A stretch of 56,342 nucleotides of DNA, filler included, from Sluysia triapertura (GCA_046118255.1; 4 parts of 4 records of this genome joined end to end with filler, not necessarily neighbours in it), one strand, 5' to 3'; counted from the first letter of the whole stretch, positions 12,680-26,575 are shown. Translations and numbers: made by a program. The notes: generated by a model not told the origin, from the sequence alone.

Positions 12680-14089
12680 ATAATAATAATAATAATCTGC
12701 ATAATCGAAAATAAGAAAGACTTTTATGTTGATCTTAGATAAAATTTTTATTTCCGATATGTCAAATATTTAATATTCAATAATCATCCTTGCATTGCCA
12801 TGAAAACATAGAAAACAACGTACAAATGAGGAAGTCAGAAAATAAAGTTTGGTATTCTAAGCAAAAAGCAGAAAAATCTGTATCTGCATAATGTTTACAA
12901 ATTGATTCATATTCAGATGGTTTTTTTGATGCTTTGTTAAATGATGTGCCAAATTAATTGATACTACTGTTTCCAGATGTTTCAAAGAAATACAATTTTA
13001 TGATAAATTAAAAATGTAAAATAAGACCTTCGAAACTGTTTAAGCATATGGTTAGAATTTGAAAACAATACATTATTGTGGCGTGTGTCAAAATACACTT
13101 GAATTCTTATGACATATTTTGTATGTCAGATTAGTTATAACAATGCAGTTAATTGCTATCCTGAAATATTTTTAAAGCAACTAAATGAAAACATTAAAAT
13201 TAAGTAAATTAAAACCATTAGATTCATTAATAAGACTTGCAAATTATTATGTAAATTTGTATTTTACTTCAGAAGCTAATACTGATTTGATCAAAATTTA
13301 AATAATAGGTTACCTTATAATGAATCTCATCAAAGAACGTACGATCAAAAAATTTCGAAACTGCCAATAACCGTCTTTATTTATTAGTTGTGAATTTTCT
13401 GGGAAATAAACCAATTTGTAAATAGTGTAAGGTCTAGTTTGTACGCATGAAAACTTTGATCATGATCTTTTCGAAGATGAACGTATTAATTTTGAATACG
13501 TTTTTGTACATTTTTAAAAACGTACAACAAACGTCGAGTGTTTCTGGTACAAGAAAGTTACCTAGAATATATTCCCAAAAGAAATATTCAAGTTATATGT
13601 AAACTTATTTATAAGATGATGATTTATTGGGAAATTAAAGGTACTGTTTTTCGATGAATATGGGGTGTTGGATTGGATTAACTATGTTAATATTGGTTGC
13701 GAAATAATATATTTTCGTGATAAAAGATAATATTATAGCCAAAATACAACGATATTACGCGATGTCGACCTAATAATAATGTCGAATTGACAGTTAATTG
13801 AAAGTTAGAACATTTTATTTAGGATACGAAATCCAATCCTAAACTTACTAACTCTCGTGGCTTAACTAAACCTTTTGAAATATTACTGTGCTACGTTATT
13901 TAATTCTCGATTATTTAAGCAGAAATCTGAGAAGTAATTTCAAAATTATTTTCAAGTGCTTTAAGAACAGTTACAGAATAAGTAGGATAAAACCGAGATA
14001 TAAAGCCTATATTTAAGCATTAAATAATTTAAAAATATGTATTTTAACATATTTTTGTACATAATTCGTCATCAATTAACTACTAAATA

Positions 14090-14480
14090 CGCTTTAAGGT
14101 TTTAAAGTTGCCTAGTATTTATAATGCTCTCAGGAGGTATTAGATAATTTCACCTTCATCAATTTGATTCCTTTTTCTACTTATGTTAATTATTAATATA
14201 TCAAATTTATTTTTAATATTATTAACAGTTATTTTATTTTTCATATATTTTAAAACTTTTAAATACTTTTCAATGTTACTCAAATGTTTTAAAGACTTAT
14301 TGAGGTTTTAAAAATCCTTAAAAGCTTATAAGATCTTAAATGGTTTGAACGCTCACAAACTCAAGAATACTTTAATATTTCAAAACGTTTTCTAAACCCA
14401 CCTCAGGCTTTTTCAACGGTCTTTGGAAATCCGTTGTATTTTCATCTTCATCATTCTTATTCTACAATGTTTACAATGTT
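14090..14480 (+). repeat. Host repeat H, partial copy
   Basis: Aligns by eye with 7660-8090 and 26950-27370. Confidence 0.8.
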
Positions 14481-15982
14481 TGCATCATTTCTTCCTGCAT
14501 TTTTCAATTCGTTTCTTACTTATCAGTTAAGAAATCACAACAACTACAATTATTGAATTTCAATTTTAACTTAATAATTGATAATATTTACACTTGGTAT
14601 GATTCTGAAGTTCATTTATTTCTGTATAATGAAATTTAAATTATTGTTATGTTTAGTTAACATCTTACACTGGCATTTGGCCTGTTAAATGTTTAATTAA
14701 TAAAAAATTAAGAAAACAATATTACATATTATTTCATCGAATTTTTCAGTATGTGTACTTAATTAAATGGTAAATAATATTTTTAAATAGATTTATGTAA
14801 AAACCAATTATTTATTCCCATATATTTCAAGTATAAACAAGCATAAATTGATTTAATTAATGATAAATTAGTTTTTATTAATATATCTGTCTATAAAATC
14901 AACTATTTTTACTAAGTATATTCTTTTATTGAAGTAACAATTGGTGCACAAGTAAACAATTTATATATAAAATATAAACAATACGAAGAAATATAATGGT
15001 GTCGAAAGGAAATTTATAATCACTACGTAATCGTTTTTTTCAATAAATATATAAGTTAAATTAATTATCGCTTGTATACAAATATAACAGAATAATTATT
15101 TTTCTTAACTTAATTTTTATTTTGTGATTACTGATGTGATAATATTATTATACTTTTGTAAGATGTAACAATATAACAAATTCGAAAAATTTATATTACA
15201 TTGCAGGTATAAACAGATAATTTATTATGAAAATTTTGAAAGTAGATTAACCTATTTGAAAATATAGGAAATAATTTAATTAGATTGTAATAAATACCAA
15301 TAGAAGTAAAAAACAAAAATTTGAAATATAAGAGTTAAGTTATTAATATTGTTTAAATGATTTTAAGAACAATTGTGACATTACCTAAAAATTCTAATTC
15401 TGACAGGTTTATTATACCTAACAATGACAATATATGAATTCAAAATTTTATTAAATGAAAATCAAATAAAAATTACACAATTTACTTATTTGCAGAATAA
15501 AGATTAAAGATAACAAAAGAAGAATAAAAATTAAGTAGTAGTAGCTTTTAATTGTGCTATATAATAAATTAAGTTACCTGTATTTTAACTTTCAAGATAT
15601 CGGAAAACTTAAATTTTAATAAATAAATAAATAAAAATAAATTTTAAGTATAGTTTAAAATATTAATTTTTCTTAAAATAAAATTAGTATTTCCTTATAA
15701 AAAATATCTTACTGTTAATATGAGAAGAGTTTGGAGTTTAAACCTTTTTTAATTTTTTAACGTGAGTCCCCTATAACCTTAGACTTATACACTTAAGGGC
15801 TAAAATTATAGGCAATATTAAGAAAGGTAGTGGAGGTAACAGAATATTTCGTAACTTTGTGGTATAAATTTAAGTAAAATATGTAAATTAGCGTGACAAG
15901 TCAAAAAATGCAATCCTTTTTTGGTTATTATTATTTTGATATTCAAAATTTTAATCTTTAAAGTTTACGTCGATTTTACGTC

Positions 15983-16082
15983 NNNNNNNNNNNNNNNNNN
16001 NNNNNNNNNNNNNNNNNNNNNNNNNNTTAATTAATTAANNNNNNNNNNNNNNNNNNNNNNNNNNNNNNNNNNNNNNNNNNNN
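15983..16082. other. Assembly gap with artificial TTAATTAATTAA linker
   Basis: 100-nt N run with a central six-frame-stop linker. Confidence 0.98.
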
Positions 16083-16198
16083 AAACCATTTATGTTTTGG
16101 TAGGACTTTATTTTGATATTTATTTTGTTATAAATATCATTATAAATATCAATAGTTGTAATGATTGGACGTCCATACTGGCGTTCTGCATATTACTA

Positions 16199-16610
16199 CC
16201 AGGGATGACACAACTCCAATAAAATAAATGTTTTTTTAAACTAAAATGTAATGAATAAAAACAAGCTACCAACAATTGTATATTACCTTGAATGTTTGTT
16301 TTAGTCGGTTGCTAAAAATAAGCCTAAATTTCACCGTTTTCCTCAAATGAATTGAAGCAGCGTTCCTTAAGCTAAAAGTTTTCAATTTCGTTATTGTATT
16401 TTCCTACTTTTTCCTTGTTATCTTGTTTCTGATTTTCTATAAAATATGACGCATTATAGTAGTTTTACGATCATGTGGGAAATTGAAAATTGAAAATTGG
16501 AAATTGGACAAGACGGCATTTTAAAACTGGCCACTCTTTTTAGTCGGTGATAAGCCGACCAATTTTACTGATTAAATTTCGACAGTAATTTCCGCATTTA
16601 TGTTAAACAA
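16199..16610 (+). repeat. Interspersed repeat C, copy 1
   Basis: CCAGGG(A/G)TGACACAA start and TTTTAGTCGGT(G/A)ATAAGCCGAC hairpin block shared with 27393-27790. Confidence 0.65.
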
Positions 16611-17081
16611 TTCCTTTATCTTCTCAACATCATTAAATTAAAATGTAATATCATTGTTATATTTTATTGAATCAATAAGGCAATTTATTAACTTAAATTA
16701 AGGAAAAAATTAATGGAATATTAAATTTATTTTCCTATAAGAATCTTTTATAAAATACGTTGTGCGTCAACCGTACGTTCAAGTTCAATAATATATTTAG
16801 AATAGTATCTTTATAAACATCAATTTAATATATACTTTGTTACTACTTAAACATCGGAACATATTATAAAAACTAATTAAAGTAACTAATTGTTATGTTA
16901 TCTACGTCGCCATGTTTCGTAATACTTCAGACTTAAAAATACTAACAAAACTCATAATTATGCACTAAATCTAATATTATTCTAACATGAGCAAACATTT
17001 TTATTAAGTTATTAAATTAAACAAATTTTTATTAAATTAATTAACAAATGTACTTTAATACTATAATAAATAAAACCTTAA

Positions 17082-19153
17082 TGTGGTGGTCCAGCCCGCA
17101 ACTACATACACATGATATAAATCACACCAGTCAATTTCATAAACCTCATCACAAAAATCACATCATAACAAGTTTTGCTCGCATCATTCACTACATCACA
17201 TCACTCATCCTTACAAAATCATTGATGCGTAATAAAATTCCTTTTATTAACATTATGATCAAAACATTAAACACAACATGCGTTGTCATCTTGTCATCAT
17301 TATGACGCAACATCCTTTTGCTTGTGTCTCGCAATCTTTTATTTTATATTTTACATCTGAAATATAAAAGGTGATCGTAGTTTCCGTATTAAACTTGTTG
17401 AGACTTGTTATAAATAAAACCTATAATGTCGTAACTCGTACGAAAGAAAGTACATGTTTAAGATTGCTCGATTTCTAAAAAAATTTTTTAAAAACAGATC
17501 TTGTATAATCATCTTAATAATTTTTGTTTCATCTATTTTGAAATTCTTCCTACTTCAGATGTGTAATTTTTATTCAAAAATTTATAATTTATAGTTTTCA
17601 TCCAGTGACATTTTTTAGTTTATTTTTCATCAATAATTGTCAATCGAAAGACCTAACTATATTTACAATTTTGATATTTTTAATTGTTTTTTATTAATTT
17701 ATTACTTGACATCGTTTCACTTAATATATTAACAAATGAAAAATATTGCGAGGTTAATACACTTCAAACGAAATATTGAAGTGTAACAATTAATGATTTC
17801 TTAATCAAATTACCTTAATTTTGAATAATATTTTCATTTAATATAAGGAATGTTCTTGAATTAATACTACACACAACTTATTGATTTAATCAGTTAAAAT
17901 TTGTTTATTATTATTTTTATTATTATTACTGCTATTATTATCATTTTTTATTATATTTATATAGTTCAAAAATAAGCTATATATCAAACAAAGTTTTAAA
18001 ATTTTACAAATTACAAAATCATTTTGTTTTTAATAAATTTTTTCTTGGTATAATGTTAAAGGCGATCAGATTTAAAAAATCGAACAGCATGATGTCGACT
18101 AATTTTTACTCTCTAAATGGCGATATCGATTGTGTGAAGAAAGTTATTGTAATACACTATCTCATGGCCTTCCTCATTTGTGTCAAATAATGGATGAAAT
18201 TGTTACAGCCGCTACTGAATTTGCAGCGCTTGCAAGCTTCAGCAAATTCAGATCAACTAAGAGTTTACTGCGGTTGCTTTCAGTAATTCTATACCATCGG
18301 CGATTTTTATCAATTTATGTTTCAAACATTTTTCAAGGAGTAGATGAAAGAGAATGTTACATGGAAACATTACAACCATGTTTTGACAACCAAATAGTGA
18401 AGAAAAATCAGTCAAACGTTGAAGTAAAGAGCTTGATGACTGCAGACGCAATGTTTTTTAAAGGTATGTGCAGTAACGTCGTAGAAAGATATATTTATCG
18501 TAGTAATGATGTTTATTCTATTTTTTAAAGTTTATGGACAAAGTACTCTTATTTTAAAATACGTTTTATGTTTTGAAGTTTATAAAAGTAATTACATTGA
18601 TTTAAAATATGCTCGTAAATTTAGTAATGTTTCGATTTTTAAAAGTTTATGAACAAATTACTCTTATTTTAAAATATGTTTAGTTTATTAATTTGCGTCA
18701 AGTTGACTATGCCGTTTTAAAATACGTTTCGTTTTATAAAATTGATGACGAAGTGACTAAAGTCTACCTACAAGATACTGATAATAAGTCGAGCGGACCA
18801 CATCGTGTTGAGGAAAAGATTGACATCTCCGATCTTAAAGAAGTTGTTCCCACGCATGTGGACGGTACTGGGCAGAGCAACTATCCCGTGTCAGTTACAA
18901 CGGTGATCCGTCGAGAAGGTAAGCTTTACTTACTGAAATTTGTTTCTTTCGTGAGTGTACGAAGAATAGCTGTAAAAATATTTTATTGTCGCTAAATAAA
19001 CAAATTCTGTGTTATTTTTGTCTTAAGAGGTTATGTCATAATAAAGTCTTCATGTGCCTTAAGCATCCATTTCCTAATTATATTTATTTAGATTCTATTA
19101 AGAATTTTTTAATCAATTAACTAATGAAAACAATAATGATAACTTATCCAACA
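17082..19153 (+). mobile_element. Cargo element E2 (divergent), 4-bp TSD TTAA
   Basis: TTAA|TGTGGTGGTCCAGC ... ATCCAACA|TTAA; A/C-rich 5' part; internal ORFs 18130-18528 and 18693-18995 followed by AATAAA. Confidence 0.55.
18130..18995 (+). pseudogene. Unassigned cargo ORFs of E2 (132 aa and 100 aa)
   Basis: ORF track; higher GC than flanks; separated by ~40-bp direct repeats at 18527-18567 and 18641-18680. Confidence 0.35.
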
Positions 19154-19481
19154 TTAAATACCTAAACGAAAAACACAACTAAGATAAATTCTATAATTCT
19201 AATATAATTAAAACTAATAACCGTAAAAATAATGTTAACGATAATGTTGCTAATCGTAAACACAAAGTTTCTAATTTCAATACGATTAGATCCAGAATAC
19301 TTATAAAGGGTTATTTCTTTGTATTTCTCATTCTTTTGTTTTGATTCATACTTGTTCAAGTATTTTATAATATCTTATTTAATTCTTCAATGATGTTCAT
19401 TTTATTTTTGTTATCGTGATGTTGGGATTACCCAGTTAGTGTATAGAATATAGGTTAAAAGATAAGAGAATTTTATATGTA

Positions 19482-20043
19482 TGTGGTGGCTAACTTTTCA
19501 TACAAAATTTTATTATGTATTTTTATACTAAACCACAACTTTACAACACTCAAAACACTAACAACATCAAAATCATTATATTTATATTTTAAAATTTTCT
19601 TTTAACACTTCTAACGTCATTAAATGTCTCTCACAATTTCTCTTTTAATTTATTTTTATTATCCGTCCCATTTCTCTTTCTATAATAATCCAAAACATAA
19701 TATACGTCAGCATCATCCAAGTTTGTTTCAAAATCGAAGAAATGTCGAAACTAATCAAAATGCACTATTTGACGATCACAATATGTTATCAGATTTTGTT
19801 TCTACAGCAAGGAGTTACTATGTTATCAATAAATTGTCATATTTTACACCGAAAGCAGCCAGAATGAATTATGATTCGAAAAATCTAGTAGAGCATGGCG
19901 TTCAAGAGCGAAAAATACAATTAATAAAGACGAATATTTATATATTTTAAGATGTCAATGGTTATCAGCATTAACTATTTTTAAAGTTTTACTTTCATTA
20001 TGTTCAATTATTTTATCAATAAAGGAATATATTATTTTATACA
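19482..20043 (+). mobile_element. Short or deleted cargo element E3, inserted in host repeat H
   Basis: Starts TGTGGTGGCTAAC...AAAATTTTATT like the other copies; residual ORF 19624-19950; minus-strand H resumes to the left (19420-19437 matches ~8130-8146); right end approximate, no TSD found. Confidence 0.45.
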
Positions 20044-20734
20044 AATTTGTAATTAAGAAATATTTAAAGAAAAAGAATATTAATTTTAAAGAGAAAGAAC
20101 ATAATTTAACAAAGATTTAATGAAATTTTAAGAATTAGAATAAAGATAAATATGAAAATAAGCAGGTATCATAATTAAACATAATCTAAACATAATTACA
20201 TATTCCTAGAGCAAAAATAATGAACAGTAATATGTTTATAATCATTTTGGAACCGAAGAACACCTTGGAATTCCAAAGATATTTGTAGAGTATTGAGACC
20301 CTTATGAAGACTTAAGTAAGTATGAAAAGATATCTTGAAGTATGAAGATACCTTTAAACTTCTGAACGTTTGAAACCTTAATAAACTTTTGAGACATTCA
20401 AATAACTTTGTAAAATGTTAGGAACCTTTAAAATGTTCAATAATTAAAATCATGGTTAATAATATTAAAGATAAATTTGATACATTAATAATTTAAATAA
20501 AAAAGTAGAAAAAGGAATTAGGGTGGTGAAGGTGAAAACATCTAAAGCCTCCTGAATACCTTATAAAGTATTTAACTGTTGAGGGGTTTTATATTTTAAA
20601 ATTGGTTCATTAAAAATCGAATTATTATTATAATAAAAACAAAAATAAAATATGTGTAATTTATTTTTACACTCTTTAACATTTGATAATAAATAAAATT
20701 TACACAAAATTATATATGATGCATATATATAAGA

Positions 20735-21208
20735 TTAAAATACTGTCCCGAGTAGTACGCCACGTATTACTCCCACTCCACTATCTAAACAAAAATAAAA
20801 ATTTATAATATTATTATCGGTGTAAAATTTAATTACTTTTAGTTCGTTATCAATCGTATTGTTATTGCTGGTGTTCAGATTTGATGTTTCGAAGGATCTT
20901 AAGATGTTACCGATTCGATAAAGATGATTGACGTTCTGTAAAGAATTGGTGTATGAATTCATCAGTTCTTTTACTGTATGGGCTTAATTACAGCTGTTCC
21001 CATATTTATCACAAGTTCCTTTTTTGTCAATATCAAATAGGCACATTGCTCTTTTGATACTATTATCAGAGTCCATATATGGTCAACGAGTTTGATATGA
21101 ATTGCCTTGTGATTGATCATCTTTATAATTGTTAAGTTTGTAATCATCAACTCTTTCATTTTCAGAACAATCATAGTCAGAACTACATGAAAACATAGGA
21201 ATATTCAT
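20735..21208 (-). pseudogene. CCCH zinc-finger cargo gene of E4 (Unkempt-type finger), two premature stops
   Basis: One frame from ATG 21208 contains IKRAMCLFDIDKKGTCDKYGNSCN*AHTVKEL (C-x9-C-x6-C-x3-H); stops at 21083-21085 and 20984-20986. Confidence 0.7.
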
Positions 21209-21402
21209 AATAATCTGTTATTTAATGTACAATAAATATCCGTAATGTTAATCTTTTAGTTGAAAAATTTTTGAAACCGTAAAATTTTACCAAATTAACT
21301 GGTGTATGATTATTGTAATTGAGACAATAATTTTTAGATGTGTTTATTGTTTGATCGTACAAAAATAGCATGAAAATTCTCAATGGTAAAAAGTAAGTAT
21401 TG

Positions 21403-21670
21403 ATTGGTCATCCAACCAGAAGTATTGTAATGATAAAAGCAGTGATACTTGTTCTGGTTGGATGGTCAATAGAACACACAAATTATCAATCACAAATTAA
21501 ATGATTGATGTGTGAACTACTATCAGTGGTGACATTGACTGTAATTGTAAATTAATACAGTCACCACTGGTAGTGGTAGTTACCAAATAAATTAAGTAAA
21601 AATAATAAAATTAATAAAATTAAAAATGGTAATAATAATAATAATAATAAAATTTTATTATCATTATTAT
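21403..21670 (-). promoter_or_regulatory. Conserved hairpin cluster and CCAAT box of E4
   Basis: Inverted repeats 21403-21421/21452-21470, 21485-21509, 21516-21533/21560-21577; GACCAATCA on the cargo strand. Confidence 0.6.
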
Positions 21671-24667
21671 TATCCTAAAAACGCATAGATTCTCTGGTTC
21701 TGTGAATTACACATTATTTATTTTAAGTCTTTACCTTCTGAACATATTAAAATCTATTTAAACAAACTAGATATCTTTAATGGTGTATGGAGGTTAAATG
21801 TTATGATGGAATAATGTTTCTAACTGAAGATGTTAATAGAGTGTAGAAGGTTATGACTTAAGTACTTTGGAATAATATAAATGTTAAAATATCTCCATTG
21901 GTGTTTTGAAAAAGTCATGTTTGGTTGTTAGGATTTAATGATAAAAGATCATACATTTAGAATGTTTCAGATGATTTAAAAGTGTATGATAATTCATTTC
22001 GAATGTGGTTGAAATCGAATTGTCAAGAAACGAAGAATAAAATATTTTAGATGAATTTTTAATGTAAATTAATGGTTTTGAATGTAATTGTGGTTTGACT
22101 CTTATGAGATTGTTGGTTTAATTGGTTTTAACGGATGAAGATGTTTTAGTGGATGTAAAAGAGATAAATATGGGAATGTTAAAATGTTTAAGAGTATGGT
22201 TTTACGTACAATGTGTTGATTTAGTTTAATATTATTTTATATTGAATTTAGAATGTAAATGGTAGATTTTGAAATGTTTTAAAAAATGGAAGTTGATCTC
22301 TGTCGATGTAAAAGAAATAAGATATAAAAACGGTTATGACGAATTTTGCAAAATGTTGTGCAGTGTTGCAACGAATATGATTTTGATTATTTTTTGTATT
22401 AGTTGTGAATTTGAAAATTTGAGTTTTATATTTTGGGAATGAATGTTATTTTGGCAAAAGCTTATGTAAAAGAGATGTTTTTGATGAGTTTTTTTGGGAA
22501 ATATGAAATGTAAATTTTAATAAAATTTGTTAAGGTTATGTGTTGGCCACCACATTAACAATTTCATAATCATAATAAAACCTTTAAACTTAAAATAAAA
22601 TAAGTTAACTTAGCTTAACTTAATTACGAAAAATTACGTTAGTGTGAATAACTTTTAAGTGAGAAAAATTGTAAATGTGAATGTATGTGTTTTAAAGAGA
22701 TCTTGAAGATAAATAGTGAGGAGGTCATGCGAGGAAAACTTCCATATCCAGCAGAGTCGAATTTTAATTAATTTTTAATTAAAAAATGTTGAAATTTTCA
22801 TATTTAGAATGATAAAAAGATAATGAATTGAATATCGAATGATTGCTTTAAAAGAGGAGAAATATTGCTACTTCTTTAGCAATTCTTTATTACTACCAAA
22901 TTTATTTTAATCGAGCATTAAATTTAGAACTTAATAAGATTTAAAACATTCGAATTCGGATATATTCAGTTTAATGTAAATATATTAATGAAACAATTAA
23001 GGCCTACAACTCTGATCAATATTAAAACGGTAAGATATTACTTGTATTGGTCAGACATTCTAGAATAACCAGAGCAGCATCTGACCGTCAGTAATTTAAA
23101 TAATAATAATAATATAATAAGCCTACGGTGGTAGAACTAGTAGGAATTTCCCAAAAATTAAATATTCGCACTCTATAAAAGAAAATTTATGATTGATTGG
23201 TTCAGGATTTTAACTCAAAAGAATTTAATCAAATAATTCACAATAATTTTATTTTAAAACAAGTTTGGCAGGGAACCTCCGAAAAACAATTTCTAAACAG
23301 CTTAAAATATAAATGTTAAAATAGCGATAAAAAGCAAATAAAAACACTTTCAAAAAACTACTTTACACGCGAGTTCCCCGAAAATACTTAAAAATAAAAT
23401 ATTATTTTCAAAATAAATAATTAGTAACAAAATAAAAATAAAAAATTATATTTTTACAAATTCTTGGATACTCTTCGATTATACCGCTACATTTGTTATC
23501 ACCTCTTTTGTGCTGTTTCTTATTGTGTTGTAAAATCTTTAAGTATTACTCTATATACTTTCCCATCCACTAATCATTCTTGAATTTTGCAATTAAACAA
23601 TCTCTCACTTAAATAATCAAAACATTTTTGAAAATTAAACCGATAATAATAACTTTGACATTTACATAGTACGGCCTGTCAGACTTTATTAGATGCAGAC
23701 CACCAAAATTTAATTAATGATCAACCATTATTTTTAATTATCAGTATTCTTAACATACATAAAATAATGAAATTAATTTTAGTTTTTAAAATTCAATTGA
23801 TTTTGGTTTTTCATACCCAAGTTTTTAATATAAAACGTTTAAGGTTTTTATTTTCAAACAAACCACTCTACAAGCTGTGGAGGCCAACCTATTATCTTAA
23901 TAAATTTTATTAAAAATGTACATTACACATTCTCCAAAATTCATCAAAAAAATTCCTTTTACATAAGTTTTTGCCACCATAACATTCACCCCAAAGTCTA
24001 CAATTCACAATTAATACAAAAATAATTAAAATCATATTCGTTTCAACACCACATAACAACCTTGTAAAATTAGTTACAACTGTCTTTATACCTTAATTCT
24101 TTTCTCATTCACCAAAATAAATTCTAACTTCTCAAAAAATTTCAAATATTCAACCTTATAACATTCGAGCCACAATCACATACAATACCAGCAAATTACA
24201 CTAAGAAATCCATTAAAAATATCTTATTTGTCATTTCAGAACAATCTAACCACAAACATATCTCCAAACTAATTCAAACATTCTAAATTCATGATCCTCT
24301 GCGGCACATAAAGACATAACTACTTAAACATATCAAGAAAATAAATCATATTTTTTAACATTCTATAATCATTTTTGCAAACATACTAAAAGCTAGACTA
24401 TAATTTACATTTTTACAATCACTAAACCACACTCTTCTCAATGTATCTTTAGGTCACAATCTCCTAATATTCAAACATCATCTTCAGTTAAAAACATTAG
24501 TCGACATCTAAAAATTCATTTGAAAAGTCCTAAACATTACCGTACAGCATTAGAACTACAATTTTTCAAAACGTTTCTTATTTTAATAAGTTTAATGTGT
24601 TTAGAAATGCAAGAGTTTCAAAAGTGAGTTCATGTGAGTTTAGAAATAAAGAGTTTATGCTTTTTGG

Positions 24668-24940
24668 AATAATAATAATAATGATAACATTTTGTTGTTA
24701 TTATTATTTTTACCATGTTTAATTTTTATTATTTTTCAATTAATTTATCTAAATTATTAATTTGGTAACTACCACTAACACTGGTGACGGCATGGATTTA
24801 CATTTGCAGTCAATGTCACCACTGATAGTGGTTTACACATCAATCATTTAGTTTCTGTCATCTATTTTATGCGTTTCTATTTGCCATCCAAATACTACTG
24901 TTGTTATCATCTCAATGCTTCTGGTTGGATGACCAATCAA
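24668..24940 (+). promoter_or_regulatory. Conserved hairpin cluster and CCAAT box of E5
   Basis: ACCACTAACACTGGTGAC (24771)/GTCACCACTGATAGTGGT (24815); TTCTGGTTGGATGACCAATCA at 24919, ~85 nt before ATG 25022. Confidence 0.6.
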
Positions 24941-25021
24941 TAGATACAGTATCAGAGAAAATTTTATTGTTACAATTTTCATACAAAATGTTAAGACTCA
25001 GAAATAATGCAAATAAAATGA

Positions 25022-26575
25022 ATGTTCAAAACACATTATTATGTTTTTTTTAAAATCAAAGCTAATAGTCTCTTAAATCAAGACAATGGAAATTACGCAA
25101 AGATCAGAATTTTCAATCTAAATTTAGAATTTTATACAATGAATGATCTTAAGGAAGATTCATTGTGTTTCCTGTTCGATAAAATAGAGAATTTACACAG
25201 ACCCGATCATTCAGAAGATATATTAACAGCACTTAGGGTTCATACTAACCCATTATCAGTTATGCTCATAGTGAATGCAAATCTTAATCTGAAATTCAAT
25301 ATTAATAATCAAAATCAAAATAATACCTGTGAAATCAATGCACCTAACGAAAATATTTCATATATCAAAAAGAGTTCGCAATCGAATGATCATCGATTTA
25401 ATAGGATTGTACGAAATTTTCTTGGTAATCATATAACCGATAATACCGATAACAAAGATGCAAATTCAATGAATAGATTAAGTATTAAACTTATTCAAGA
25501 TTGTTTGATAATCCTAAGTAAACTATCCGATTTAAATGTTACATGCATGAAGGATTTAATTCTGATTAGTATCATTCCATATAAACTTTCTCAAATACAA
25601 ATAATTTCAATGGATTTATATAAATACATCGACTCAGCCACCTTCTTTTACAGTGGACTGACTCTATTCAACAAAAATAATAGATTATAATTTAAACGGG
25701 ATGTAACAATTAAGAAGTTGTATGATTTGTTCTTGAGAAACATGTTGCAATTGTTGGGAGAAGAACCAGTTACATTTGAATTATCAAAATTTTATTTGAA
25801 CTGTGTAATGCTGGAAAGGGATATTTTACATAATGACATTAGAAATTTAGCAACCGATGAATTTATGACATTTATTAAAGATGTTTGTAGTCAAATAGAA
25901 ACTGAAAAGTTGAAACCAATAGATCTTATTTTAGACGGTTTGTCAGACAAAAGTTATTCTGCGAAACAATGAATAGCTAAACTTTGAAAAGAGAAATTTC
26001 ATCAGACGCAGGTTTGATTCATAAGTGTGATTTAACTCGTAAAAGTTTTAAACTATGTATTCAAAACATTAACAATTAGTTTTTATCATTTATTCTTAAT
26101 GAAATTACTTTAGACTACGTTATTTGTAATGTGAGACAAAATGAAGTAATACGTACTGATAATGCTCCTGATTATCAAGGAAGAATCAGTTATATTAACT
26201 TAAATGGTTTAATAGTAGTTCGTTGCGATCTACTTGAATTACGTAATGACCTTAACATTATTTTTGATTATTGGCACCTTTTGCGCACCTTGATAGCGTG
26301 TTTGAAGTTTACCGAAGAAACAAATGAATGTAATTTGCTAAGAGTGATGACAGAAAATTTTAATAAAAGTTCGGTATTTAATCTCTTAACAATATTTAAG
26401 AGTAAAACTAATTCCGAGATGATAGAAAAGAATGAAGATGAACCTAAAGTAATTACATTTTACACCAAAATAATGATATCATAATTCTTTATTTTTATTT
26501 AAATAGTGGAGTGGGAGCAATACGTGGCACATCATGTGGGACAATTTTTGTAACTTATATGTATTTATTAAATAA
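25022..26575 (+). pseudogene. Cargo gene of E5, interrupted; weak nuclear-receptor-LBD-like segment; 3' end homologous to E4/E6 cargo
   Basis: Consecutive ORFs of 222, 84 and 117 aa; ILSKLSDLNVTCMKDLILI has LBD-signature spacing; putative intron 26449-26506 followed by TGGAGTGGGAG(C/T)AATACGTGGC shared with E4. Confidence 0.55.

Larger units (their letters stand above)
20577..22554 (-). mobile_element. Cargo element E4, complete, 5-bp TSD
   Basis: TSD TTAAC at 20572-20576 and 22555-22559; element sense TGTGGTGGCCAAC...CCCCTCAACA; removing it and one TSD restores the empty H site seen at 26970-26999 without gaps. Confidence 0.9.

Noticed and set aside
16027-16038. TTAATTAATTAA palindrome repeated three times in the window
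   Set aside because: Scaffolding linker inside N runs, not biological
20984-21085. Stop-codon reassignment or readthrough in cargo genes
   Set aside because: All three stop types and frameshifts occur, while host genes use the standard code; ordinary decay is simpler
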